From Octopus sinensis (Eukaryota), in assembly GCF_006345805.1 (NCBI RefSeq), contig NC_042997.1:172236001-172300000 (forward strand): DNA of 64,000 bases, read 5' to 3'. This document shows, in pieces, positions 23,166-34,999 of the stretch (within the stretch, counting starts at the first letter, position 1; every line of letters begins with the position of its first letter). Position numbers and translations under genes: made by a program. Below the pieces are notes generated by a model. It worked only from the letters and a program-made list of their open reading frames with translations. It had not been told where the DNA came from and made no database searches.

Positions 23166-23166
<1 letters not shown>
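22855..23166 (-). mobile_element. Non-coding element bounded by (TAA)n on both sides (probable non-autonomous passenger)
   Basis: 312 bp with no coding motif and about 15 TTA units on each side. The strand is inferred from the TAA-tail orientation. Confidence 0.55.
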
Positions 23167-23210
<44 letters not shown>

Positions 23211-23211
<1 letters not shown>

Positions 23212-24000
23212 GAATTTTTCTTCTTTCGTTTTGTTTCCATTTCTTGTTGAGAGCCTTCCCGACACTAAGGGCAAAAAAACTCATTGTATATAATGACAGG
23301 CCATTAAAATAAACACACCAGATTGTTCATTTACAAAACTCAATAAAGTCATTAAAAATATTTTACATAGCTGGTAATTCACAAAGCTGGTTCTCACAGC
23401 AACATTGCTCTTCTCAAAAGTGTGAAGTAGCTGTTAAAACAGCCTTTTGCACTTCTTGCAGAGATAGTAAACCAATTATTATTCTCAAGTAATTTTCAGT
23501 TCCCTTTTTGATCATTCCAAGTGTTCCTACAATCACTGGTACTGTAATTGCCTCGAGATGCCACATTTTTTTTTTTATTTCAATAAGCAAATCTTTATAT
23601 TTTCTGAGCTTGTCAAATTCTTTTATATCATTTCTGCAACATAACATAATAAACTGTTATGTAAATATAACTTCACATATGTATCACATAATTTTGATTT
23701 TGTTTTATGTGCCAGATCTTACTGCTTTGATTCAACTCCTCTGTGCATCATAAAATTCCTTTATGTTAAAATAATACCACCTTCTTGTGTTGTTTGAGCC
23801 TTTCTCATAAAGTAATCATTCTATTTAGACAATCATTTCAGTATATCATAATTATATCTTTATCATTATTTAATTTCTCAGTACTAAGAAGAAGCCTTCT
23901 TCTTATATACCACATTAATCCACTGTTGTGAGATTATCCATCATGGTTGATAACAATTTCACAGCTTTGACATAATCAGTGTTTATGGTGCTGGCATAGT
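23211..24000 (-). mobile_element. 3' remnant of a second R4-type RLE LINE
   Basis: KEFDKLRKYKDLLIEI..MWHLEAITVPVIVGTLGMIKK..QEVQKAVL followed by a 3' UTR ending at (TAA)n. Confidence 0.75.
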
Positions 24001-24252
24001 TGCATGAAAAGAAAAATCACACCACTAGATTTGTTACAAAGGAAAGTAAAATATGTTCTTTGATTATTGTGGCATGTATACATTTCCTAAGGCTCCTATG
24101 AGCCTTTATATCAATTTCTGATATAGGCAAAAAGCCATAAATTACAGAAGAGAATGCATTATTTAGATAAACTAATATCTGGCTAATATTTATGTTATCA
24201 ACCCCAAAAGGATTTAAATGTAAAGTCAGGCATACCAAGATTTGAACACAGT

Positions 24253-24710
24253 GGGTGCAGTTGTGACTGTGTGGTAAAAAGTTTGCTTGAAGGCAGTGAG
24301 CTAGCAGAATCGTTAGCACGTCGGGCGAAAAGCTTAATGGTATTTCGTTTGCCGTTACGTTATGAGTTCAAATTCCACCAAGGTCGACTTTGCCTTTCAT
24401 CCTTTCGGGGTTGATAAATTAAGTACCAGTTACGCACTGGGGTCGATATAATCGACTTAATCCGTTTGTCTGTCCTTGTTTGTCCCCTCTGTGTTTAGCC
24501 CCTTGTGGGTAGTAAAGAAATAGGTATTTCATCTGCCGTTACGTTCTGAGTTCAAATTTTGTTGAGGTCCACTTTGCCTTTCATCCTTTCGGGGTCGATA
24601 AATTAAGTACCAGTTACACACTGGGGTCGATATAATCGACTTAATCCGTTTATCTGTCCTTGTTTGCCCTCTCTGTGTTTAGCCCCTTGTGGGCAATAAA
24701 GAAATAAGAA
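24253..24710 (+). mobile_element. CORE-SINE head fragment fused to a second-family SINE carrying a 184-bp tandem duplication
   Basis: GGTATTTC..GCCGTTACG at 24339 and 24523; both units end in AAAGAAATA. Confidence 0.8.
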
Positions 24711-25117
24711 AGGGAGACTGAGGGAACTAAAAAAAGATAGCACATTTATAAGTCAGGGACTGAAGCATTGTCCGTGAGTAACTTCATTGGATGTGGTTTA
24801 GTATATCTGTGTGTACAGCAGCAGCAGCAATAGCAATAGCCCTTTCCCCAATGTAAGACCAATATTCCATTCCAGGAGGAAGGTATTTTGTCTGGTGCAC
24901 TGGTGCCCTATCAATTCTGCCAACTCACTGCCCCTTTCATATTGATTGATAAAATGATGTGCATGTATCTAGTTCAGAGTCAGGTGATCATTGTTATATC
25001 CTTGCTGTTACATGTTATCCATGAGTTAGCTATTTATTCTGAGTTTCCAAGCTCATATTTTATTAATATAAATATTTAGATATTCACTGTATATCTAAAT
25101 ATTTACAGTATATTCAT

Positions 25118-25345
25118 CCGAGCGTGGCCGTCTGCCAGCCTCGTCTGGCACCTGTGTCGGTGGCACATAAAATCACCCACTACACTCTCGGAGTGGTTGG
25201 CGTTAGGAAGGGCATCCAGCTGTAGAAACACTGCCAGATCTGACTGGCCTGGTGCAGCCTTCGGGCTTGCCAGACCCCAGTTGAACCGTCCAACCCATGC
25301 TAGCATGGAAAGCAGACGTTAAACGATGATGATGATGATGATGAT
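25118..25345 (+). mobile_element. RTE-family 3' end fragment with (GAT)n tail and a long target duplication
   Basis: GTGGTTGGCGTTAGGAAGGGCATCCAG..GACGTTAAACGATGATG; ~35-bp direct repeats at about 25081-25116 and 25349-25381. Confidence 0.8.
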
Positions 25346-25397
25346 AATATTCACAGTATCTAAATATTTACAGCATATTCACATCAATAGGCCAATA

Positions 25398-25562
25398 GGC
25401 ATAGGAGTGGCTGTGTGGTAAGTAGTTTGCTTACCAGCCAGATGGTTCCGGGTTCAATCCCACTATTTGGCACCTTGGGCAAGTGTCTTCTACTATAGCC
25501 TTGGGCCAACCAAAGCCTTGTGAGTGGATTTGGTAGACAGAAACTGAAAGAAGCCCATTGTA

Positions 25563-25641
<79 letters not shown>

Positions 25642-25844
25642 GTATGTGTTTGTGTGTCTGTGTTTGTACCCCCAACATCGCTTGACAACCAATGCTGGTG
25701 TGTTTACGTCCCCATAACTTAGTGGTTCGGCAAAAGAGACCGATAGAATAAGTACTAGGCTTACAAAGAATAAGTCGATTTGCTCGACTAAAGGTGGTGT
25801 TCCAGCATGGCCACAGTCAAATGACTGAAACAAGTAAAAGAGTA
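25398..25844 (+). mobile_element. CORE-type SINE
   Basis: Full head, core, internal (TA)n(TG)n and tail. Confidence 0.85.
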
Positions 25845-26069
25845 TATTTACAGTATACTCTGTAAATATTCAAAGATTTGCTTCCCTTGGTAACAAATCT
25901 AACACTATCATTTTCTGTCAGCAAAACTTCACCTTAAAAACTCTTCACACAGATCTATCAGGAAGCTTCTATAAGGCCAGTTGACCTACTTGAAATAACA
26001 CCAAAATCATCCACAAATCAGTGTTCTTCCCCTGCAACCACTTAGATAATGTAAGTGATCATTTGTATA

Positions 26070-26252
26070 GGTGCAGGCATGGTTGTATAGTAAGAAGCTT
26101 ACTTCCCAGCCACATGGTTCTGGGTTCAGTCACACTGCATGGCACCTTCTTGGGCAAGTGTCTTCTACTATAGCCTTGGGCCAACCAGAGTGGGTTTGGT
26201 AGATGGAAACTGAAAGAAGCCCATTGTGTCTGTGCATCTGTGTGTGTATATG

Positions 26253-26322
<70 letters not shown>

Positions 26323-26727
26323 TACATATATGTATGTATATGTATGTATATATGTGTATATGTAAATATAAATATATATATATATATATAATATTATATA
26401 TATATATATATGCACATACATATATGTATGTATATGTATGTATATATATGTGTATATGTATATATATGTATGTGTGTGTGTGTGTGTGTGTCTGTGTATG
26501 TGTGTGTGTCTTTGTGCCTGTGTTTTGTCCTCCTACCACTGTTTGCCAGCTGGTGTAGGTGTGTTTGCATTCCCATAACTTAGCAGTTCAGCAAAAGAGA
26601 ACCAATAGAATAAGTACCAGGCTTGAAAAAATAAGTGCTGAGGTTGATTCATTCAATTAAAAATTCAAAGCAGTGCCCCAGCATGGCCACAGTCCAATGA
26701 CTGAAACATGTAAAAGGTAAAAGATAA
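26070..26727 (+). mobile_element. CORE-type SINE with an expanded internal microsatellite
   Basis: Full head, core and tail around about 260 bp of (TA)/(TG). Confidence 0.8.
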
Positions 26728-27586
26728 AAAAAATAAAAGATATAAATAAAAAAAAGAAATAAGATGGACTGACATGGCTGGAATACCTTTGATTATAGAT
26801 TTGCTATTTCAAAGTTGATATGAAACTGAAACAAACAATGATAGCATATCACACGCGATATTTCATACAATATCCAATACATTTAATCTTTATGCTGTGC
26901 GTGATGTAATGAATGATGCCTTTTGCTTCAACATAACAATCTGTCTGAGTTAAGCTAATACCTTTATTACCATATATGATAATCCATTGTCATGAGGTAA
27001 TCCTCCAGTTGAGATACAAATTTCACTGCTTTGACAACATTCTGTTTTGACAAAACAATTTATTTTGATTGGACAATGTAATTCCTCTAGAGTTGGAATG
27101 GTGTGATTTCTTGTCCTGTGATAATGGCAAGCTCTTTGTAGGAAAACGGTAGAATTTGAATGAAGTACTGATGTTTTGCATCAGCAAAGGCAAATAATTC
27201 AAACAGCAGAATGTGTTTTTATGCCATGAGGAAGAAGAGAAGTCTATAATGATTTGGACAGAATCTTTTGTTGGGGAGAAAAAAAGGAAATGTCAGATGG
27301 TGTTGAAGGCTATATAAACTAGGTTGAAAGAGAGGGGAAGAAAAGAAGAAGGAGAGGAGAAAAAGAAGGAGCATCGAAGGAAAAGTGCCACTAAAGAGAG
27401 AGAGAGAGAGAGAGAGAGAAGTGGCAAGGGCCAGAGAGATGAGAAATTACAAGAGAAAATAAATGCCAGTAGATATGAAAACGTTGAGCCTAGAGTAGAT
27501 AAGACACTATAGATACATACACACTCACACATGCATAAAGGTATTTACAAATACAGTCTCTCTCTCAATCTCTCACGATATATATA

Positions 27587-27649
<63 letters not shown>

Positions 27650-27881
27650 GAGGATGTGAAAGAAGTTTATTCATACATTTACGTGCACAAATATAGATGC
27701 ATGTATGAATACAAAAGAACATACGTGCACGTTAATATACTTCATACAAAATATACAATCACACGCATACATAAATATCTCAAGTCATTATTATGTATGC
27801 ATATATAAGCATATATGTGTGTGTATGTGTGTGTGTGTGTATGTATGTATGAATGTATATATGTAATATATATATATATAT

Positions 27882-28215
27882 ATCATCATCATCATCATCA
27901 TTTAACGTCCGCTTTCCATGCTGGCATGGGTTGGACGGTTCAACTGGGGTCTGGGAAAGGCAGAAGGCTGCACCAAGCCCAGTCTGATCTGGCAATGTTT
28001 CTACAGCTGGATGCCCTTCCTAACGCCAACCACTCTGTGAGTGTAGTGGGTGCTTTTTACGTGCCACCGGCACGGGGACCAGACGAAGCTGGCAACGACC
28101 ACGGTCGGATGGTGCTTTTTATGTGCCACCAGCACGGAGGCCAGTCGAGCGGCGCTGGCTACGGCCACGTTCGGATGGTTCTCTTACGTGCCACCGGCAC
28201 TGGTATCACAGCTAC
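27882..28215 (-). mobile_element. RTE-family 3' end fragment with three subrepeats
   Basis: (CAT)n start on the plus strand; GTGCCACC repeated about every 63-66 bp. Confidence 0.8.
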
Positions 28216-28251
28216 AAATTCCATTGATGTTGATAGATTACGATTTTGTGT

Positions 28252-28299
<48 letters not shown>

Positions 28300-28306
<7 letters not shown>

Positions 28307-28751
28307 TGCCTTCTCAGCTTCATAGCATTTCTTCTATTCAATATATTTTAGTTCATTATGATATGTGGTTTGCACCTGAAGAATGTTTGAGCTCAACATA
28401 TGAATCTATTAGTAGCGCTTTAATACATGTATTGTGACGTTTAAATAATGTATATCTATATCTATATGTATGTGTGTATATATATATACATATATACACA
28501 TGTATAAACATACACATATATATATATATATATAATATATATATGGTGCCTTCTCAGCTTCATAGCATTTCTTCTATTCAATATATTTTAGTTCATTATG
28601 ATATGTGGTTTGCACCTGAAGAATGTTTGAGCTCAACATATGAATCTATTAGTAGCGCTTTAATACATGTATTGTGACGTTTAAATAATGTATATCTATA
28701 TCTATATGTATGTGTGTATATATATATACATATATACACATGTATAAACAT

Positions 28752-28780
<29 letters not shown>
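28300..28780. repeat. Two essentially identical 240-bp tandem units embedded in (TA)n
   Basis: ATGGTGCCTTCTCAGC at 28303 and 28543. Confidence 0.9.
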
Positions 28781-28794
<14 letters not shown>

Positions 28795-29134
28795 ATATAT
28801 ATACATGTATATATATATATACATGTATGTATGTATGTATGTATGTATGTTCATATGAATGTATATATTTTATTGTTCTGTTAAGGTAAGATCAACAAAA
28901 AACAGTAGTCCATCCAATGAGAGATAAATATTATTTGATGTATACAGTATAAAGATACAGGCTACTAGTAGTTTCATACATTGCAAATGTGAGTCTAGGC
29001 TGGTTTTTATAACATACTTTGTATCTCCAAGCAATCTCGGGCTCTGAGCGCATTGCCTATCCAATTTACATGGCTGCATTCTAATGACTGAAACAAGTAA
29101 AAGATAAGAGATATATATGTACACATATATATAG

Positions 29135-29310
29135 GGAAAATTCACAAAAAACATAAGACGAAGACAGGTTGTGTAGACAACGAACAGATGTATTAGTTTA
29201 ACACTTGGGAAGTGAAAAAGTCTTTAATGTTTTGAGCCTACGCTCTTCCACAAAAAGAAACACAGAAAGAAACAAGGAGAGAAATTTAAAAAAGTGTAAT
29301 GGCTAGTCAC
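29135..29310 (-). mobile_element. Probable decayed PLE pseudo-LTR fragment
   Basis: HHR-like remnant UGUGGAA-GAGC GUAG GCUC-AAAACAUUA-AAG at 29222-29256, in a TA/CA context. Confidence 0.4.
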
Positions 29311-30599
29311 ACATACACAGTTACACACAAATATGCATACAAGCTACATATACAAGTACACACACACACATACACACACATGCATATACATGGTCAAAAA
29401 TCCATGTACAGAGTAACAAACATGTAAGCTTTGTTACAGTCACTCAACGCACATAGAAACAGCAAGCAAATCTCACTCACATCAAGTACCAACTTTTTAA
29501 ACTGGAAGGACACATTTGATTAAACAAACTCTCTCCAATACACAAAATGAACCCGTGGGGGCCACAGATATACCCAGTCAAAACTGACTAGAAATAAACA
29601 ACAGCAATAGAAATCAGTATATGTCTATTATATAAAATCCATTCTGTCTGTCTGTGTGTGTGTCTTCTCGGATCTCGGGCATCCTCCATCCAATTGCACT
29701 CAAATTTGATATGTAGATACCGACAATATCAGGTCGTGCATAAGTCTTGAAAACATTACAAAAATCAATTACAGGTGAGAATGTGATCGATAAAGCCGTG
29801 GGAACGTGCATTTGTATGCGTAAGTACATCAGTTGTTGCAACTGATACTATGCGTATGCGAGAAAAATGGACATGCAGTTTGTGCAAAAAAAGCCGGCTG
29901 GCTTGAAATAATGCCACAGAATGCAGTACATTTAAGTGACCAAAAAAGTAAGATGCAAAAGAGATATTTTCTTCAAACTTGGCATGAAGGAAGGAAAGAC
30001 TATTTGGTTTCTCAAGAAGTTTTTTTTTTTTTTTGCCTTAACTTCCTATCTTTATTTCTTCTTTTGTTGGTGTCTCAAAGGGGGGGGCCTATGGGACGTT
30101 CAGACAAGTTGTTTTGAGAAAATTTGGTTTAAATGTTTGACAACTCAGCACCAGCCATTGGATGGAGGTGGGGGACGTTGTGAAGAGGTTTGGCTGGTAA
30201 GCTTTCTTATAAACTCTATGATTTTTATATAAACACTTTTTGTAGTCTCTCTTTGTATATATTTCTTCATTCTTTATCTGTGATGCTTTATGCTATGATT
30301 TCATTAATCTCGTGGTTGATTAAATCCTATCTTCTTAAGTCTGTTATGGATTATTAAATTATTGTAATGTATCCGAATAATAATTTTTCCTGATGCAAAA
30401 GCATATTTCAAATTATTGTCGATCTGTTCTTTTGCAATACCTAAATGCACTTAGTGTGTTTGTTGGCTTTAATAAGTAAGAAAATCGATAACTCTTATGC
30501 ATCATTCTGTTTCATTGGAACAATGCTCTACTGACAGGGTACCATAAGTTTATGATCTGTATGACTGGCCTAGGACAAAAGCAAAGACAGGGTTTCAGT

Positions 30600-31985
30600 T
30601 ACTCAAAGCTGAATACAACATTCCATGTGCACAGTGCTTACGGAGACAGGATTTGTGAATTAATTTAGCAACAGCTGATGGGAATGCTTGTCAACAACTA
30701 GTGGTGGGTTGCTTTGAAGAGGATGATCTAAAAAAGATCAACAGAATTTAGCAAAGAAGTAAGAGCAAAGAGAAACGGATTAGTGGGGAAGAAAGGAAAA
30801 AATTAGAAGAGGGGATAAAGAAAGGTATCATGACTGACATACTAGCAGCAAGAATAGCTCTCAATTCACGTTCGAATGGTGTTTTTAAAGTGCCATCAGC
30901 ATGGAGGCCAGCTTGAGGTCAAACTCGGTGACTGGCATCTGTTGCTAGTGGAGTGCTAAGAGTACCATACGAGTGAGATCGTTGCCAGAGCAAGCTGGCC
31001 TCCATGCCGATGGCACATTAAAAACACCATTCGAGCATGATCGTTACTTGCATCGCCTTACTAGGACTTGTGCTGGTAGCACGTGTAAAAAAAACATTCG
31101 AGTGTTGTCGTTGCCAGTGCTGCTGGACTGGCTCCTGTGCAGGTGGCACATAAAAAGCACCATTTGAGTGTGGCCATTGCCAGTACCACCTAACTGGCCC
31201 TCATGCCGGTGGCACGTAAAAGCACCCACTACACTCTTGGAGTGATTGGCATCAGGAAGGGCATCTAGCTGTAGAAACTCTGCCAGATCAGATTGGAGTC
31301 TGGTGCAGCCATTTGGTTCGCCAGACCTCAGTCAAATCGTCCAACCCATGCTAGCATGAAAAGCAGACGTTAAAAGATGATGATGATGATGATGATGAAA
31401 CATATAGGTTGTTGAGGTGCATGCTCTTAGACACAAAGAAATAGAAACCATTTGATAAGCTTAGGTGACAAAGGCACAACACAGTAAAAAGCCACAAGTC
31501 GGTCTTTGACAGATTGAGAAGTATGCATGGAACTCAATTCCAATCAGATGGGTGCAGCTTTCCAACAGCACTTTTCTCAATTGTTCAGAGAAGGTATCAT
31601 TGGACTAATATTGGACATGGGTACCTAATTCAGTTGCTTTTGAAGCTTTACAGGTAAATACCAACTTGTTTGGTCCAGTTTTGGCAAACATCTATTGCGA
31701 CTTGCAGCAGAAAAGGAGCATTTTTAGTTTTTTGAGTCAAAGATATGTAGCACTGCTGAGGAAAGAACCAAGCAAGAGGATGTATTATTTATAATTCCCG
31801 TCCCAGCCTAAAACATAGCTGAATGATGCAGAGTTTATTATTTTAACCAAGGGGATGACCAAGAAGTTGGTGCTTGCTGTCAGTAACGAGGTTGGCAAAC
31901 ACAGACTTGCATGATGATCAGCAGATAATCCACCTTAACCTCCATCTACAAAGAGGTGCTAAAAGTTCCTGGTTTTATGGATAAT
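30600..31985 (+). pseudogene. Decayed Tx1/L1-clade ORF2 remnant interrupted by an RTE 3' end
   Basis: RDRICELI..NN*WWVALKR, FQQHFSQLF, VALLRKEP, LNDAEFIILTK..KKLVL..EVG. Confidence 0.55.
30866..31397 (+). mobile_element. RTE-family 3' end fragment with four ~66-bp subrepeats
   Basis: GGTGGCAC(G/A)TAAAA-type motifs near 31010, 31076, 31142 and 31209; (GAT)n tail. Confidence 0.8.
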
Positions 31986-31987
31986 AA

Positions 31988-33844
31988 GCCTTCCAGTCTT
32001 TGAAATCCCCAATTCAGTCACACCTGTAAATACATATTGTTCCTTAGTTAAGATTGGATGACCATCAAACAAAATGTGGAAGCAGTTAATGAATTAAAGA
32101 AAGACTTAAAACAGTGGGATTAACTTGAGTATCAACAACAACAACAAGGGCTCTGACTTTCATGCAAATTAGGGCATTACTTCCAATACTTCCTATACTG
32201 AATTTGTCTCCTCCTGGCTTCTGCAGATTTTCGCCATTCAAGGCCCATACAATTTCAATCTAGATCTTCAAATAGATTAAAATTGTGACAAGATTATATA
32301 CATGCTAGGTGGTCAGTTTCGACAAGATACATACTGAGAGGAAGCTCTCTTTAACAAGCTGGACAGAGATGGTAAATATGCACACTGCCTCCATCACATA
32401 TTACCATGGGACAGTCATGCCTTGCCTTTTTTTTTCCCAACTTGAATGGAGTATCTTCACTTTCACTTTATATGGAAGTCACACATTCCACTGGTCAGGC
32501 AATCCACTGGTCATACTGCTAACACCCTCTACAGAGAGGGCTCAGTATGCTGTGGCTTATGATACGTAGATGTGGTGTTAGTGGTGTTGTTGGGCTGTGA
32601 TAGAGCTATGTGGTGTTGGTGGAGGGGATTGCAGATGAGGTATATGGAAGTAAGGACTGCAGGGGCCAGTGGCACAGGAACAAGGCATGTGTGGGCAGGA
32701 AGCACGTGTGGTCAGTTCGAGCAGAGACAGCAGTGAGCAAAGACGTGTTTATTTCATGAGAGTGATCGCCCATTCTGCCGAGGTCAACAGGTAAGGCCTT
32801 TTGTATTTCTTTCTCCCGTTTGCTTCTTTTTCTGTTGTCCTTTTCCTCCATCACACTACAGTAGATATGCACTAAGGCTGTGGTTTCTTGAGATATTCCT
32901 GTATGGTAAGCAAATGTTATCTCCTTTTGTCAGGCACATTTTTATACAACTTGTCTCTTTTATGAAGTTGCAGTTCTGGATCAAACAAACACCAGTCAAA
33001 TGCCAAACACTCATGTCTGGCATTTGACTCTCAGCTCTCTGCCAGAAAAGAAATATGACCGGTAGAATTTCCATGTTAACTTTCCATAAAGAACTTATGG
33101 TAGGAAACAGTGACATTATCTGGTTACTCGGGGTATCAACAAGAATCAACTGGCTGTCTGTTCTGAAAACTGCAAGCATGGAAACTATGGATAAATTCCA
33201 GAAATTTCTGGCTTGGAAACTTTACTGTGGAGCAATATTGATTCAAGATGTATAAAATATGAATTATTCTGTTCAAAATACCCTTTGCATCCATCACTCT
33301 TTTTTCTATAACATATGAACTCTAAACACTTACATTTGTAAATCACATACACATAGAAAATGATAATATGCAACAGCAGCAGTCAAGGGCCAGGAAAGAA
33401 ATTGTCTCAACTGTGTTTTTCTGTTGAATGCTAAGCAGCAACTATTGAAAAACCTATTTTCCATTTGTATAATAGCAGTTAAAAGGATGTGTTAAAGCTC
33501 CCAGTCAAGATTCTCTAAAACATTTTTGGTGTATTTTTATATCACCTTTTTTATGTTGGTATTTTATAATACTAATATGCCTTCCAGTCCCTGAAACTCC
33601 CAATTCAGACACACCTGTAAATACATATTGTTCCTTAGTTAAGACTGGATGACCATCAAACAAAATGAGGAAACAGCTACTGAATTAAAGAAAGACTTAA
33701 AACAGCTGGATTAACTTGGGTATAAAGAAGAAGAAGAAGAAGAAGAAGAAGAAGAAGAAGAAGAAGAAGAAGAAGAAGAAGAAGAAGAAGAAGAAGAAGA
33801 AGAAGAAGAAGAAGAAGAAGAAGAAGAAGAAGAAGAAGAAGAAG

Positions 33845-33891
<47 letters not shown>

Positions 33892-34005
33892 GAAGGGCTC
33901 TGACTTTCATGCAAGTTAGGGCATTACTTCCAATAGATCATATACTAAATTTGTTTTCCTCTGGCTTCTGCAGATTTTCACCATTCAACACCCAATCCAT
34001 TTCAT
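31988..34005. repeat. ~270-bp direct repeat pair (31988-32258 and 33579-34005); copy 2 carries about (GAA)40(CAA)15
   Basis: Shared GCCTTCCAGTC..CACCTGTAAATACATATTGTTCCTTAGTTAAG..GGGCTCTGACTTTCATGCAA; offset 1591 bp. Confidence 0.85.
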
Positions 34006-34999
34006 TACCATGTGGCATTACACTCAAAGGAATTTTACATGGTTGCCATAGCTAAATCTTCCCTAAATCATGCCTTCTTTCTTAAAAAAGAGAGCATATA
34101 TTGGACATTGTAGTCCTAGATATACAGTAAGACAAGATGATATGATCATATGATCATAGTTGGATTGCCCTTCGTCAGAGGTCTTCTCTCCTCCACCAGG
34201 GCTGACTTGCAATTAAACTGCTTTTCTTACACATAACCTTACACATATAAAGATATACCCTATACTGCCTGTGATAGAAGACATGCTTATTTATTCACAT
34301 TGTCTTAAATTAATCATGCATAATCTTCTATAACATCCTACATCCTATAACAACTATTATATAAGAAAGAGATAAATGACTAGAGTAATAATCACTCTGT
34401 TTGTTTCCTTTTGTTCCATTTCTGGATGAGATCAAACAACAAACATTAGACAAGCAGTTTACAATGATTTGATGAAGATGGAAGACATCTGAAACGGCTT
34501 GCTTTATTTGCAAAAATTCCAAAAATGTGTAGCCATTATTAGTTTTAAGCAGCAAAAGTAATTTGTGAGCAGATGTGGCTGGACTGATTTTGTAATGAAT
34601 TTAGAAATTGAGATTTCGAAAGATTACTTTATAAACTAATTAATTTTTGTTGTGTGGGATAAAAGAATATGAGAAAACTTAAGCAGACGTATTTTCTAAA
34701 TAAGAAATTAGTTTAGTCCTTCTTGTGAAAGAAATGAGAGATTGTTCAAGTATTTATTTTAAGATAATCACAACTAGTAACTTGTTTAAATTTGTCAAAA
34801 ATATCTAATGAAACTTTTGAAATATTTGGAAAGCCAAATATTTTAGTCAAATGCAAAATGTTTCACTTTGGAATGATTGTTTCTGATGAGCAGCTTTGAA
34901 AATTATAACTTGAATTTCACTTTAAACATATTCTTCTATATTCATGTATATGACGCTCTCACCAGAAGCCAACATGCTCAGATTACTCTACCAAATATA

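Noticed and set aside
29624-30500. Complete Helitron, or a PLE coding remnant
   Set aside because: The TCTATTATATAAAA start is Helitron-like but lacks the preceding A and any 3' CTAG end. Downstream translation shows no clear motif.
34878-34915. Hammerhead at CTGATGAGCAGC
   Set aside because: Helix II barely forms and helix III has a mismatch; suggestive only.
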